Shown here piece after piece: positions 63,183-64,000 of a DNA stretch of 64,000 nt. The notes under the pieces are model-generated. The model made no database searches and was not told the DNA's origin. It worked only from the letters and a program-made list of their open reading frames with translations. The stretch comes from Pelagomonas calceolata (lineage: Eukaryota). Made by a program: the position numbers and the translations under genes. Within the stretch, counting starts at the first letter, position 1; each line of letters begins with the position of its first letter. The DNA is taken from positions 1,426,001-1,490,000 of the forward strand of contig CAKKNE010000004.1 of the NCBI GenBank assembly GCA_918797485.1, in the 5' to 3' direction.

Positions 63183-63717
63183 GTGCAGTCTCGGGGTGAT
63201 CGGTCGTCCAGCTGTCGAACCGGTCGATCGATGCGTCGATCGATGCGGGCGCTCCCGCAAATAAAAGTCTCGGTTTATTGAGAATCCAAGGCAGTCCTAT
63301 CAGTCCTCCCAAAGTGATTGTAGCAGCCGAGAAATCTAGTGGGTCTAAACTAGCTCAATTACGGGAACGACACCCGCACGCTTCGGCGGATTCGTGGGCA
63401 CGCCGGGCGGCTCCGGCGTGCGACACATGGCTCCTTTCCTTCCTCTCCAGCGCTAGTGGGGCCGTCCGCGGCGGCTCGCGGGGGCCATTTCCCTCAGCAC
63501 TCCGCCAAGCTCCCACCCCAAGAGCAGGCCTCCGGAGGGATCGGGCGGAGAGGCCTAGGAGAGGCGGGTCCCTGGTTTACAAGACCGACACCCCTACTCT
63601 TTGTCAGCGACTTCGAGACGAGGCCTCTCACCGCGCTCGCCGCGCCCGCGCGTCGACGCGCAGTTACGGTTGAGAACAACCCAACCGTGTACAACACCAA
63701 GGCGCAGCAAAGACAAA

Positions 63718-64000
63718 ATGCAACCCTTACTCAGCCGAGGCGCCCGGCCGCTGGCCAAACACGCTAGAGCCATGAGCGGCAAGGAGATCAACTTCGGGAC
63801 GGAGGGGAGAGCGCTCATGTTAAGGGGCGTGGACCAGCTCGCGGACGCCGTGAGCGTGACCTTGGGCCCGAAGGGCCGGAACGCGATTCTCGACCAGCCG
63901 TACGGAGCGCCCAAGATAACGAAGGACGGCGTCACCGTAGCCAAGAACATCGAGTTCAAGGATAGGTTCGAGAACATGGGCGCGCAGCTCGTGCGGCAGG
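63718..64000 (+). CDS. HSP60: Mitochondrial chaperonin 60 (5' part, runs off the window)
   Basis: [19 protein letters not shown] presequence, then [34 protein letters not shown]...[12 protein letters not shown]. Confidence 0.95.
   Translation, partial: MQPLLSRGARPLAKHARAMSGKEINFGTEGRALMLRGVDQLADAVSVTLGPKGRNAILDQPYGAPKITKDGVTVAKNIEFKDRFENMGAQLVRQ

Overview
Eukaryotic nuclear DNA: very GC-rich, gene-dense (about 40 genes in 64 kb) and almost intron-free. The bipartite plastid-targeting peptides, the expanded MYND-RINGv-TPR family and a TIR/TSD introner point to a pelagophyte alga (Pelagomonas/Aureococcus-like; inference). Recognisable genes include NAC-alpha, a NIPA Mg transporter, a FOXRED1-like oxidoreductase, a CFAP20-domain protein, a SERCA Ca-ATPase, a CTL choline transporter, MscS, GT8, eIF2B-beta, plastid signal peptidase I, a GARP factor, a divergent histone H4/H3 pair, RRP12, Sec14, a PKG-like pseudokinase and the start of HSP60. 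The main observations are: (1) a ~970-aa protein, completed only by splicing, that appears to fuse an MBD-like and a SAM-like domain to a divergent DNMT3-type C5 cytosine methyltransferase; (2) its single intron is a 74-bp TIR element with an 8-bp target-site duplication; (3) both histone genes carry a metazoan-type 3' stem-loop followed by a shared purine-rich ACGAAGA element at HDE-like spacing, and flank a mirror-symmetric promoter with a perfect 53-bp inverted repeat; (4) three intact and one broken MYND-RINGv-TPR copies; (5) several dispersed non-coding motifs. All family assignments come from motif recognition by eye; no searches were run.
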